Assembly: GCA_009885085.1 (NCBI GenBank)
Contig: VFLK01000008.1
Coordinates: 1-62,514, forward strand
DNA from: Minisyncoccota bacterium
GTDB taxonomy: Bacteria; Patescibacteriota; Microgenomatia; UBA1400; PJMF01
Direction: 5' to 3'
Length of the DNA stretch: 62,514 nucleotides
This document shows positions 1 through 9,304 of the stretch, piece after piece (within the stretch, counting starts at the first letter, position 1; each line of letters starts with the position of its first letter). Below the pieces are notes generated by a model that was not told where the DNA came from, ran no database searches, and saw nothing but the letters and a program-made list of their open reading frames with translations. The translations under genes were made by a program, and so were the position numbers.

Positions 1-758
1 AATCCTAAATTGGTTAGTGACGTAAAAATTTTTGCTCTAAGTATGTTTGTAATTTGCATATCCTCCAACCATTTTACTTCAAAATAGATAGATTAACAAT
101 CTAGTTATTGGCAGTTTTTTTCAAACTGTGAACACACAATTGCACCGAAGAAGAGACGAAGAAGTTTGAGTATATTGTTTACTCTGTAAATTATTCAATT
201 AATGTGAAATACTTATATTTAACAGACTATTATTTTGTGTTCATATTTAGATATATATTTTAATCTATTCGTTATATCTTCGGATAGTTAATCTAAAGTG
301 TAACCTGTGATGTTTATAACTGTGGAATTTATTCTTACGCTGAGCCTTTCTTAGTGTTTTATCAATAATGATGCTTTTCCAACATAAAATTTTGGACCTG
401 ACTAATTAATTTTCTATCTGCACGTAACAAAATTACAATAAATAATTAGTGAGAACTGAGCACTTTTTTACTTGGGGAAGAACATATATTTTCACTAAAA
501 TTTAATTGAATTTAGAAAATATTTTTTGAGAATATTTAATGGATTTGCAACTTCTAGAGAACTCAACAAGCATGCTTTTTAATATTGCTCAAAGTGTTTT
601 TTAATCTACAAGCAATTTTCTTGTTTGTACTTTTTTCGCAATTAAATAGTTTTGCTACTTGCACAGTTTATTTAAACATGGTTTAGTTCTATTTACGCAA
701 ATTAAAAATTTAAAAGTATAAAAACAACCAAATTTAGTGAGTTTTTACAAGTTTTGAG

Positions 759-1694
759 TCATATTGCCTCCCAATACTTGACTCCATCAGTAACAAACTC
801 GACTGTTCCCTGGCTATCAGTTCGGTAAATATTAGCCCCAAACTCACGAAAAAGGTCGATTACTCGAGGAAAAGGATGATTATATTGGTTATTTATACCA
901 CTACTAATCACTGAAACTTCGGGTCTCAAAATGCTTATAAATTGCCTACTAGAACTTGATTTAGAGCCATGGTGCCCTGCTTTTATTATACTGACAGGCT
1001 CTGTCATACCAGACTTAATTACTGCCAATTCACCCTCTAATTCCATATCACCTGTCAACAATACTGTTATGTCATCAATCGTGATAAATAGCACTATAGA
1101 TAGGTCATTTTCACTAATATTTTTGTTAAGAATTGGATAAAAAAGCTCATTTTCAGCCGATAATATCGTTTCGGTAACATCCATATTTTTAGATATTAGA
1201 CGTTGATATTGAACTTGAGGTGACGCCACAGAAAATTGAACTAATCCATCCAAAAAAAGTTTTTGACCTCTATAGGTGGAAACAACTTTAGTATCATGAT
1301 TACTATTGACCATTTTAGTCGAGACAGCATCTTCAAAAGCTTCAAAAACGGCTGTTTTCTTTGCAGACGGGTTCTTCAAAATAACATCGACGGAATAACT
1401 TGCGAAAACCGCTGGCAGACCGCCGATGTGATCACTGTCCATATGCGTTGCAATCACATAGTTTATTGATTTGTCCCAAAACGGAATATTGTTCTCCAAA
1501 CAAGAAAGAACTTTTTCATCTGGACCCCCATCAACCAAAATTTGTTGATTTCCGTGAGTAATCAAAATCGCATCACCTTGTCCCACATCACAAAAAATAA
1601 GATGAACAAAGTTGTCAGGCCATTGATTAACAATCGAAACGACTACCCAAACAAAAAAACTACTGAAAAACAACTTTAAAACTAATAGTTTCAT
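759..1694 (-). CDS. ComEC/Rec2-type metallo-beta-lactamase-fold domain protein, encoded as a separate ORF with its own N-terminal TM helix
   Basis: 311-aa ORF. MBL motif 'ATHMDSDHIGG' and later 'AGHHGS'. Hydrophobic N-terminus. Its ATG overlaps the stop of the upstream channel ORF in an ATGA (1691-1694). Confidence 0.8.
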   Translation of the reverse strand: MKLLVLKLFFSSFFVWVVVSIVNQWPDNFVHLIFCDVGQGDAILITHGNQQILVDGGPDEKVLSCLENNIPFWDKSINYVIATHMDSDHIGGLPAVFASYSVDVILKNPSAKKTAVFEAFEDAVSTKMVNSNHDTKVVSTYRGQKLFLDGLVQFSVASPQVQYQRLISKNMDVTETILSAENELFYPILNKNISENDLSIVLFITIDDITVLLTGDMELEGELAVIKSGMTEPVSIIKAGHHGSKSSSSRQFISILRPEVSVISSGINNQYNHPFPRVIDLFREFGANIYRTDSQGTVEFVTDGVKYWEAI

Positions 1695-3058
1695 ATAGCC
1701 TCTGCAAGATGCAGGATATGTTTTTTTCTAGTAATAAATTGCACAATTAATATTACTGTTAACCACCAAACTAGAACGTACCACCAGGGGAAATAGCTTA
1801 CTTTAACCAAAAATAACTGATTATCAAATAGATTTAATATAGCTATAAAGACTTTCGACAAAAAACCCAATGGCAAAACAATTAATCTTAAAAATACGTC
1901 ATTCAACTCGAGTAAATAGAAAAAAATAGAGATAAATGAAAGCAAAATTATAGCTGTAACTAGCCATGTTAAGGCAATTGATACTAATAATGAAATAATG
2001 CTAAACTCCATAAAATGAAAGATTACCAGAGGTGTTATTATGCTTTGAACATAAATACTGATTTTAATTGAGTCTAATATATATTTTTTTATTACCGAAA
2101 TAGTGTTTGCTGTATGGCCATGTTTGCTTAGTTCATTATCATTAGAAATCTCATTTAAATGTAATGAAGCTAATGAATTTGTCTTAAAGTTTTTAAAATG
2201 ACTAAACTGATTGGTAAAGTATATGATTGAAGCAGTCGCAACAAATGAAAGCTGAAATGATATTGAGCTTATCACTGATATATCGGATAAAAGTAAAAGT
2301 ATAACAGTTAAAAACAGTGCGTTCGATGGGTTACTTTGACGGAGTAAGAAGCTAGTAGCAATAACACCAAAAAAAAGCATTAGGAAAGCTCTTACTAGAG
2401 GTAATTTGTTGCCAACTAAAAGCAAATATAAACTGGAAACAATCAAAGAAAATACGCCGACTGACCTTTTTCCTAAAAAATTACTAGCCGAATTTGTAAA
2501 TAATCCAACAACAAGACTTAGATTGTATCCAGAGATTGATGCTAAATGCTGAGTCCCTGTAACTTTAAATAAATGACTTATACTTTCTGACCTAAGTTGA
2601 CTAAAACCAAAATTTAGCTGTCCTATCAAGTAGCTATCATTAGCATCAAAAAGTGACAAAAAGTCGATAAGGACTAATCTAGCCCTAATCTGGGAAAAAT
2701 AGAAAATATACTCAAACCAAAGCTCTGGCGAAGACCATATGCTTTGAATATGATCAATTGACTCTATTATCAACCTTTTTTTTTCAAAAATATTGATATC
2801 AGACTCGTTGCTCAAAGTGCTAAAGTTAGGGTCTAAAGCTGCATTAATTTGGATGATAGTTCCAGTCTTATAGGCTTCACAATCTGGTAATTCAAAATTA
2901 TACAAGGATGACTCAAAAACGCAATTATATGGTATTTCTGAGATCAATACAGACTGTCGGATCTCATTCGCTTTGTTATTTGTTTGCCTAATATATAATC
3001 TCTGCAGTAATAGCGTTATTATTAATATATAAATAATAATCTTTATTATATTTTTCAT
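1691..3058 (-). CDS. comEC: ComEC/Rec2 DNA-uptake channel (competence domain), polytopic membrane protein
   Basis: 455-aa ORF with many TM helices. ComEC-like signature 'TGTQHLASISGYNLSLVVG'. Adjacent to comEA and to the MBL-domain ORF. Confidence 0.75.
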   Translation of the reverse strand: MKNIIKIIIYILIITLLLQRLYIRQTNNKANEIRQSVLISEIPYNCVFESSLYNFELPDCEAYKTGTIIQINAALDPNFSTLSNESDINIFEKKRLIIESIDHIQSIWSSPELWFEYIFYFSQIRARLVLIDFLSLFDANDSYLIGQLNFGFSQLRSESISHLFKVTGTQHLASISGYNLSLVVGLFTNSASNFLGKRSVGVFSLIVSSLYLLLVGNKLPLVRAFLMLFFGVIATSFLLRQSNPSNALFLTVILLLLSDISVISSISFQLSFVATASIIYFTNQFSHFKNFKTNSLASLHLNEISNDNELSKHGHTANTISVIKKYILDSIKISIYVQSIITPLVIFHFMEFSIISLLVSIALTWLVTAIILLSFISIFFYLLELNDVFLRLIVLPLGFLSKVFIAILNLFDNQLFLVKVSYFPWWYVLVWWLTVILIVQFITRKKHILHLAEAI

Positions 3059-3219
3059 ATCTGTATATTTGCTATAAACATCTTATCTATGATAGGCAAC
3101 TTAGATCTGTTTATAGTGTTTTTGGACATTTTTGATAAAAATCCTCATTATTTTTACATTACTTTTTTTTATACTAATTTTGTTTGTTTTTTAAAAGCCT
3201 ATAGCAAAGTCTCAATAAG

Positions 3220-3915
3220 TCACAAAGAAACAGCACTTTTTATGTTTTCAAAAATAGCTTCAGTGAGAGCCCCCTTTTCAACGAGTTTATTTAACGAGTC
3301 GTATGGTCTATTAGAAACAATATCGTCAGCCCTTTTTTCGCCAATTCCCGTTAAACTCATGAGTTCCTCTTTCGTCGCAGAATTTACTGAAATTACTCCT
3401 AATGTATTACCAGCTGAATCATTAGTTGATTGCTGGCTTGTTAACTTTTCTTGAACTTCAATACTTTCTTCAATTGTGGGAATATAAAATTTCTCTCCGT
3501 CATTTAAAAGTTGGGACAAATTTAGAACTTTATTTATATAATATTTATCAACGTAATTTGAAAATCCTCCAGCAATGTTGATTAAATCATTTATTCTTGA
3601 TCCTGAATCTAGTTGATAAATGCCTGGATTTTTTACTGCTCCACCGATATCCACTGTTATCCTGCCAAATTCGGGATTTTTTTCACAGGTTTCAACAATT
3701 TCTAACTCATTTGAGTTACTCAACAGATCTGTGCCAGAACCTGAGCTATTTTCTTTTTGTGAGGCCTGCGCCTCATTATTAAATAATTGGAACAAGCCAA
3801 AGCTTGAAATTGAAATACCAACTAAGAAAATAGTTGCTTGAATTATTAGACTCACAGACAACATTTTTCTTATCTGACTAAAAACTAATGAAATATCACT
3901 AGACTCATCGAACAT
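3220..3915 (-). CDS. comEA: ComEA-like competence DNA receptor (TM anchor + SLBB + helix-hairpin-helix)
   Basis: SLBB-like 'ITVDIGGAVKNPGIYQLDSGSRINDLINIAGG'. HhH region 'VNSATKEELMSLTGIGEKRADDIVSNRPYDSLNKLVE'. N-terminal TM helix. Confidence 0.85.
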   Translation of the reverse strand: MFDESSDISLVFSQIRKMLSVSLIIQATIFLVGISISSFGLFQLFNNEAQASQKENSSGSGTDLLSNSNELEIVETCEKNPEFGRITVDIGGAVKNPGIYQLDSGSRINDLINIAGGFSNYVDKYYINKVLNLSQLLNDGEKFYIPTIEESIEVQEKLTSQQSTNDSAGNTLGVISVNSATKEELMSLTGIGEKRADDIVSNRPYDSLNKLVEKGALTEAIFENIKSAVSL

Positions 3916-3965
3916 GATAACAATGTAATATCAGAGTATTGGAAAAACTGTAGGAACACTAAAAA

Positions 3966-6665
3966 CTAAACAACCAATGAAATTATTTTTCCCTTGATGT
4001 AGATCTTCTTTTTAATCTCTTGTCCATCTATATATTTCTTAATGCTTTCTAATTTTTCAGCCATGTCTAAAATAGCTTTTTCATCCTCAACCTTGTCAGC
4101 CTCAACTTCTAGTTGAGCTCTAATCTTACCGTTAATTTGAACTGGAATATTTATAAGATCATCTTGTGCAAGCTCTTGACTAAACTCTGGCCAATTAGTC
4201 TGGTGAATGCCACTATAAGAAGCGTCACTCGACTCTTTTTTAGAGATAGTTTCGAATAATTCGTCAGCTAAAAACGGTGCAAAAGGTGCCAAGATACCAA
4301 TAAAAGCAACTTTGTCTTCCTTGGACAAAGTCTTGCTATCTTTAATCATCACATCTTGCCATAAATTGACAAATTCCATCATGAAAGCAATCGCTGTATT
4401 GAATTTTAATTTAGGAATATCATCGGAAACCTTCTTGATGGCTTGGTGGAGTTTCCTCTGGAGTTTAACTTTGGCTTCGCCCGCTACATTTTCTAATTCT
4501 AGCTCTGCAACCAATTTATGAATTTTTTGTAAGAATTTAAAAATTCCTATCACAGCTCTAATGTCCCATGGCTTATCAGATTCAAGTGGACCCATAAACA
4601 TTTCGTAGACTCTAAGAGTGTCAGCCCCGAACTTGGTAATAATATCGTCAGGACTAATCACATTTCCCTTGGATTTACTCATTTTTTTATTGTCTGGACC
4701 TAAGATCATACCTTGATGTCTCATTTTTTTGAAAGGTTCACTAAATTTGAAGTAACCTTCGTCTCGCAAAAATTTGGTAAAAAATCTCGAATAAAGTAAA
4801 TGCAAAACTATGTGCTCAGGACCAATCATATATAGGTCTACAGGAAGCCATTTCTCAATTTGTTCAGTTCTAGCAAACTCATTGGTATTTCTGGAATCTA
4901 CATATCTTAAAAAGTACCAGCTAGAATCAACAAAGGTATCCATCGTATCAAACTCAGGTCTCCAGCCTTCACCAGACATATCCCAACCTTTTTCTTTAAT
5001 CAAATCTGAATGAACCTCAACTACATATTTTTTCGTTCTTTTGGCAAACTCTTGAGATGATTTTAGAGGTGATTCTCCTGTTGGTTTAAAATCTACGTCT
5101 GTTGGAAGTTCCCAAGGCAAGTGAGATTCCTCAATAGCGTGCGGATTGCCGTCTGGATCATAGACAACAGGAATTGGAGTTCCCCAGTATCTTTGTCTGG
5201 AAATTAACCAGTCGCGGAGTCTATATGAAGTAACGCGCTTGCCCCAGCCTTTTTCTTCCATATGATCCATAATTTTTTCTGTAGCATCATAGATATTTAT
5301 TCCATTTAAAAAATCAGAGTTTGTCATTGTTCCCTGCTCTTCTTGTACTTGAGCCACTGTGGTAATTTTCGAATCGTCTCCATCTTGACCAATTACTACC
5401 CTGATAACTTCTATTTTTTTATTTAGAGTATCTTTACTTCCAGTTTTTTCCAGATTATTCACATACTCTGCAAATTCAAAATCTCTGGTGTCATGACCTG
5501 GAACACCAACAACTGCGCCCGTTCCAAATCCTCCAAGTACAAAATCTGATACCCAAATTGGCATTTTTTTAGCAGTTAAATCATTAACAGCGTACAAACC
5601 TGTAAAGGCTCCAGATTTTTTCTTGCCTTCCTGCTGACGATCTAATTCAGTTTTTTTGCTTGCTAGATCTAAATAGTTAGCAACATTGGTCATAACTTCA
5701 ACCGAATTTTCTTTTGGAACTATTTCTCCGCTAGCTATCTTTGTAGCCATCTCATGTTCAGGAGCAATAACGATAAATGCTGCTCCAAAGTTTGTATCAG
5801 GCCTGGTGGTAAAACAAGTAATTGTGTCTGCGCTGGTGGTTGTGTCTGCGCCACCGGCCTGTTCTGCGCCACCGGCCTTGGAAGCGCCACCGGACTTGGA
5901 AGCACCATCGGCTTTGTCTACCCCCTCAACCTTATACGTAATGTTAATTCCTGTCTTTTTTCCAATCCAATTTAACTGCTGAGCTTTGGTTGCTGCCGGC
6001 CAATCAACATCATCTAATCCGCTTATCAACTCATCCTGATATTTTGTAATCTGGTAATACCACTGTCGCATATCTTTCTGCTCGACTTGAGAATCACATC
6101 TCTCGCATAAGCCTTCGACCACTTGCTCATTGGCCAAAACTGTTTGACATGATGGACACCAATTTACCTTGCCATCTTTTTGATATGCTAAGCCCTTGTT
6201 GTACATCTGTAAAAATAACCACTGAGTCCATCTATAATATTCTGGATGACTGGTTGCAATTTCGTTTGCCCAATCATAAGAAATTCCGATTCTTTTGATT
6301 TGTCTTCTGAAAGTATCTATTGCGCTAACGGTAGTTTTGGATGGATGCACACCAGTCTTGATTGCATAATTTTCTGCTGGCAAACCAAAAGCGTCCCAAC
6401 CAACTGGAAAAAAGACATTTTTGCCCTTCATTCTGTAATATCTGGCTAAAATATCCAAAGCAGTCTTGCTCTCTACATGACCAACATGCAAACCACTTCC
6501 TGAAGGATAAGCAAATGCAAATAACAGGTAAATATTCTCGCTATCATTCACATCAGAACCACCATTTTCTCCAATTTTTGCGCCACCATTCTCAGTTTGC
6601 TGAAAAAGCTTATTCTTTTCCCAAATTTGGTGCCATTTTTCCTCAACTTTATTCTGATCGTACAT
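3966..6665 (-). CDS. leuS: Leucyl-tRNA synthetase
   Basis: 899 aa. HIGH-type 'GLHVGH', 'KMSKSKGN', editing-domain 'TTRPDT', and 'CPSCQT..CERCDS' zinc motif. Confidence 0.95.
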   Translation of the reverse strand: MYDQNKVEEKWHQIWEKNKLFQQTENGGAKIGENGGSDVNDSENIYLLFAFAYPSGSGLHVGHVESKTALDILARYYRMKGKNVFFPVGWDAFGLPAENYAIKTGVHPSKTTVSAIDTFRRQIKRIGISYDWANEIATSHPEYYRWTQWLFLQMYNKGLAYQKDGKVNWCPSCQTVLANEQVVEGLCERCDSQVEQKDMRQWYYQITKYQDELISGLDDVDWPAATKAQQLNWIGKKTGINITYKVEGVDKADGASKSGGASKAGGAEQAGGADTTTSADTITCFTTRPDTNFGAAFIVIAPEHEMATKIASGEIVPKENSVEVMTNVANYLDLASKKTELDRQQEGKKKSGAFTGLYAVNDLTAKKMPIWVSDFVLGGFGTGAVVGVPGHDTRDFEFAEYVNNLEKTGSKDTLNKKIEVIRVVIGQDGDDSKITTVAQVQEEQGTMTNSDFLNGINIYDATEKIMDHMEEKGWGKRVTSYRLRDWLISRQRYWGTPIPVVYDPDGNPHAIEESHLPWELPTDVDFKPTGESPLKSSQEFAKRTKKYVVEVHSDLIKEKGWDMSGEGWRPEFDTMDTFVDSSWYFLRYVDSRNTNEFARTEQIEKWLPVDLYMIGPEHIVLHLLYSRFFTKFLRDEGYFKFSEPFKKMRHQGMILGPDNKKMSKSKGNVISPDDIITKFGADTLRVYEMFMGPLESDKPWDIRAVIGIFKFLQKIHKLVAELELENVAGEAKVKLQRKLHQAIKKVSDDIPKLKFNTAIAFMMEFVNLWQDVMIKDSKTLSKEDKVAFIGILAPFAPFLADELFETISKKESSDASYSGIHQTNWPEFSQELAQDDLINIPVQINGKIRAQLEVEADKVEDEKAILDMAEKLESIKKYIDGQEIKKKIYIKGKIISLVV
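5827..5916. repeat. GC-rich imperfect ~18-nt tandem repeat inside leuS, encoding GGASKS/GGASKA/GGAEQA/GGADTT
   Basis: Units 'tctgcgccaccggcc..' recur 4-5 times head to tail. The GC content is strongly above the flanking sequence. Confidence 0.8.
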
Positions 6666-6751
6666 GATTTATTCTCGTTTACTTGATCACTAATTATAAC
6701 GCGCATCTATGTATTTGCACGTACCATATCTACTAGGCTATACTAAATATA

Positions 6752-7426
6752 ATGTCCACAACTAAACATACATTATTACTATTGATGCCAGTTCTGTTGG
6801 CATATATTTGGATCTCAACTCCGTCCTTAAGAATGTATTCTCTTCAGGCATTTTCCGTTGCAAGTCTTGGGTATTTTATAGTCAAAAAATTTAATAGAGC
6901 AAAATTATGGCACGTTTTACCTATAAATTTTTCACTCGAACTAATGTTTGTTACTTTTGCAATACTACTCCTCGTGGGATCTACTGGAAACGCAGAATCA
7001 ATCTTCTATCCATTCACATACATTCACTTATTTATCTTAGTTATGAGTTGCAAAGAACAAACAGCTGTCATCATTGCAATGTCGACAATATTATTTCACT
7101 ACGCTCTTGAAACTGCGATTACCTCAGCTGAAGTTGCAACAATTCTAACAATCCCTATGATGCTGTTATTTTTTCTATTTGCCAAAAAACAGTATGACGA
7201 TGCCAAAAACAGTCACTCTATTATAGACAAGGAAGAAGTTACAATAAATCACTTATCAACCCAAGAACACACATTGCAAAACTTCATCTATACTTTTCTC
7301 AAGCCAAAACTAAAAATGTTAGAAGAAATGGTTGTCAAAGATACTGATGAAAGCAGGGAAACTACTAGAAATCAAATATCACTCATAATAAATGAGAGTG
7401 ACAAAATACTTGAAAAAAATAAATAG
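6752..7426 (+). CDS. Hypothetical polytopic membrane protein with charged helical C-terminal tail
   Basis: 224-aa ORF with 4-5 hydrophobic segments followed by a K/E-rich tail. No recognisable catalytic motif. Confidence 0.55.
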   Translation: MSTTKHTLLLLMPVLLAYIWISTPSLRMYSLQAFSVASLGYFIVKKFNRAKLWHVLPINFSLELMFVTFAILLLVGSTGNAESIFYPFTYIHLFILVMSCKEQTAVIIAMSTILFHYALETAITSAEVATILTIPMMLLFFLFAKKQYDDAKNSHSIIDKEEVTINHLSTQEHTLQNFIYTFLKPKLKMLEEMVVKDTDESRETTRNQISLIINESDKILEKNK

Positions 7427-8168
7427 CGTGCAAAATAAATTTTTACTTTTAGCCATTTCCTCTGGACTTTTTTTGTTCGTTCTTGCCATTCAACCTGCAT
7501 TTGCCCAAAATCTGACTTCAGATTCTTGGATCATTCAGTTCGGAAACTTTAATGTCACGTCTGGAGAGAAAAGTAGTGCTAGCTATAACGTAACTGATAC
7601 AGTTGGACAAACTGGTTCAGGACCATATGGCTCTTATGGATCTTCGAGTTATTTTGTAGGAAGTGGCTTTCAATACATCTATCAAATAGATGACTTCAGT
7701 TTTGATATTTCTAAAACACTTGTAAACCTCGGGGAACTAATTCCAAATGTTCACTCAACTGACTCTCATACTTTAACAGTCACTAGTAGAGGAGCCGGTG
7801 GTTATTCCGTATATGCATATGAAATTCATCCGCTTCGACTTACCAATGGACCTGATGAAATAGTTGACACTACTTGTAACACTGGAAGTTGTACTCATGT
7901 TGTAGCTGGCGTATGGAATAATCAATCTATTCCTGGATTTGGGTACAATATGACAGGTAATGACATTCCTGCAAACTTTATCGACAGCACTTATTATAAG
8001 AATTTTGCCGATAAAGAAACTGCCGACAGCATGCAAATAGTGATGAGTTCTGTTAATATTGCCAACCAAAGACAAGCTACAGTTACTTACAAGGCAGGAA
8101 TCAACAATAGTCAAGCCAGTGGCAATTACGAAACTGGCATTATTTATGTAGCCGTGCCTGGATATTAA
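7392..8168 (+). CDS. Secreted surface protein with WxL-like (Tyr-variant) C-terminal module
   Basis: Signal peptide ending 'QPAFA|QN'. Shares a C-terminal module with 9305-10765. Ends 'GNYETGIIYVAVPGY'. Confidence 0.6.
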   Translation: MRVTKYLKKINSVQNKFLLLAISSGLFLFVLAIQPAFAQNLTSDSWIIQFGNFNVTSGEKSSASYNVTDTVGQTGSGPYGSYGSSSYFVGSGFQYIYQIDDFSFDISKTLVNLGELIPNVHSTDSHTLTVTSRGAGGYSVYAYEIHPLRLTNGPDEIVDTTCNTGSCTHVVAGVWNNQSIPGFGYNMTGNDIPANFIDSTYYKNFADKETADSMQIVMSSVNIANQRQATVTYKAGINNSQASGNYETGIIYVAVPGY

Positions 8169-8217
8169 CCGGCATATGTAACCGAGCCCGGATATTAACC
8201 GGCGCTGGAATAATAAA

Positions 8218-9204
8218 ATGAAAACAATTAATTATTTTAAATTTCTAAGAATCCTAGTCATATTTTTATTGGCTTTTATCTATAGCGGCAACTTTAAATC
8301 CAAAGTTTTAGCTCAATCCAATATTAGTCTGAGCGTCTCACCTCCAATTTCTTACCTTCAAGTTCCTCCAGGAACGACTCGAAAACACACAGTAGTTTTA
8401 GAAAATACCGGAGATAAAACCATAGTCGTGATGCCATCAATCGTAGATTTCTCCTCTGATGGAAAAACTGGTCGTGCCATAATTTCTAATGAGCTAAGTT
8501 TTCCATATATATCTTTTGGAACAACTGAAATCAAAGAACTTTCGATTCCAGCACACAATAAAGCACAGCTCACTCTATACATTGATGTCCCAAAAGATGC
8601 TGTTGAAAAAGAATATCCACTTACAATTTTATTTTTTTCCAAAAATGGGGAATATATTCCTAATTTTGGTCTTCAAGGAACCAACTCTACTAAATCTGAA
8701 ATTAGCGGTGGTATAGGAAGTAATCTAGTGATTTTGGTTTCTAAAGAAAGTAAGCTTGCAAATGCTCTGAAAGTTGTCAGTTTGAAAACCCCAAAATTTA
8801 TTGATAGTTTTGGATGGATTGAATTTCTTCCGTTAGTAAAAAATGAAACAATTTCGTCAATTTCGGCCTCAGGAAGTGCAAAGATACTTAACTGGAAAAA
8901 AGACACTATCTCAGAGTTTGAAATTTATCCAGATGTAATACTCGGATCAAACACTAGAGAACTAAGAGCATTAAGACCTGGAATAACCCCAGATAAACCA
9001 GAAACTGGAACCTTTTCGTACAAACCAAAGTTTTTGCTTGGTCCATATCAAATTATTGTTAGCCTAGAAAATGATTTTTCGCAACAACAGCAAACCTCTA
9101 AATACATAGAGGTCGTTTATGCCTTTCCATTTTCAATTATTTTAGTTGCTATATTAGGAATAATTATTACATTTGTTTACATTAAAAAGATAAAAAAATC
9201 ATAA
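8218..9204 (+). CDS. Signal-peptide protein with two beta-rich domains and a C-terminal TM anchor (DUF916/DUF3324-like architecture)
   Basis: N-terminal signal peptide. 'SVSPPISYLQVPPGTTRKHTVVLENTGDKTIVV' Ig-like start. Single C-terminal helix 'FSIILVAILGIIITFVYIKKIKKS'. Paralogous in layout to 10785-11966. Confidence 0.55.
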   Translation: MKTINYFKFLRILVIFLLAFIYSGNFKSKVLAQSNISLSVSPPISYLQVPPGTTRKHTVVLENTGDKTIVVMPSIVDFSSDGKTGRAIISNELSFPYISFGTTEIKELSIPAHNKAQLTLYIDVPKDAVEKEYPLTILFFSKNGEYIPNFGLQGTNSTKSEISGGIGSNLVILVSKESKLANALKVVSLKTPKFIDSFGWIEFLPLVKNETISSISASGSAKILNWKKDTISEFEIYPDVILGSNTRELRALRPGITPDKPETGTFSYKPKFLLGPYQIIVSLENDFSQQQQTSKYIEVVYAFPFSIILVAILGIIITFVYIKKIKKS

Positions 9205-9304
9205 AAAACAAAGTGGTTATTGCAAGTAATAACCAATACATATAAACTTAAAACAAGGAAATATATCGCCAGAAGCGTTCTAGGTGAGAAATATATTTAC
9301 AACA

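Noticed and set aside
1-59. Possible 5' end of a minus-strand gene running off the left edge (ATG at 59-57 preceded by GGAGGA)
   Set aside because: Only 19 codons are visible, and the SD-to-ATG spacing of 2 nt is too short. It cannot be supported from this window.
931-1469. ORFs 931-1140 (+) and 1263-1469 (+)
   Set aside because: They lie entirely antisense to the well-supported MBL-domain gene. They have no motifs and a composition typical of the reverse frame of an AT-rich CDS.
3089-3841. ORFs 3089-3454, 3597-3782 and 3620-3841 (+)
   Set aside because: They are antisense to or overlapping comEA, which has clear SLBB and HhH motifs. There is no independent support.
5686-5982. Two overlapping (+) ORFs rich in Ala/Pro/Gly/Cys
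   Set aside because: They are an artefact of the GC-rich tandem repeat inside leuS, which removes stop codons on the opposite strand.
9284-9304. Upstream alternative starts given by the ORF track (GTG 9284, and likewise 11902, 25698, 29739, 32558, 33390 and 40713)
   Set aside because: Internal ATGs give canonical N-termini (signal peptides, the Obg 'MIDLVKL..AGDGG' start, the Rho 'MTEKK' start) or a better RBS. The extensions add non-conserved-looking residues. The choice remains unverified.
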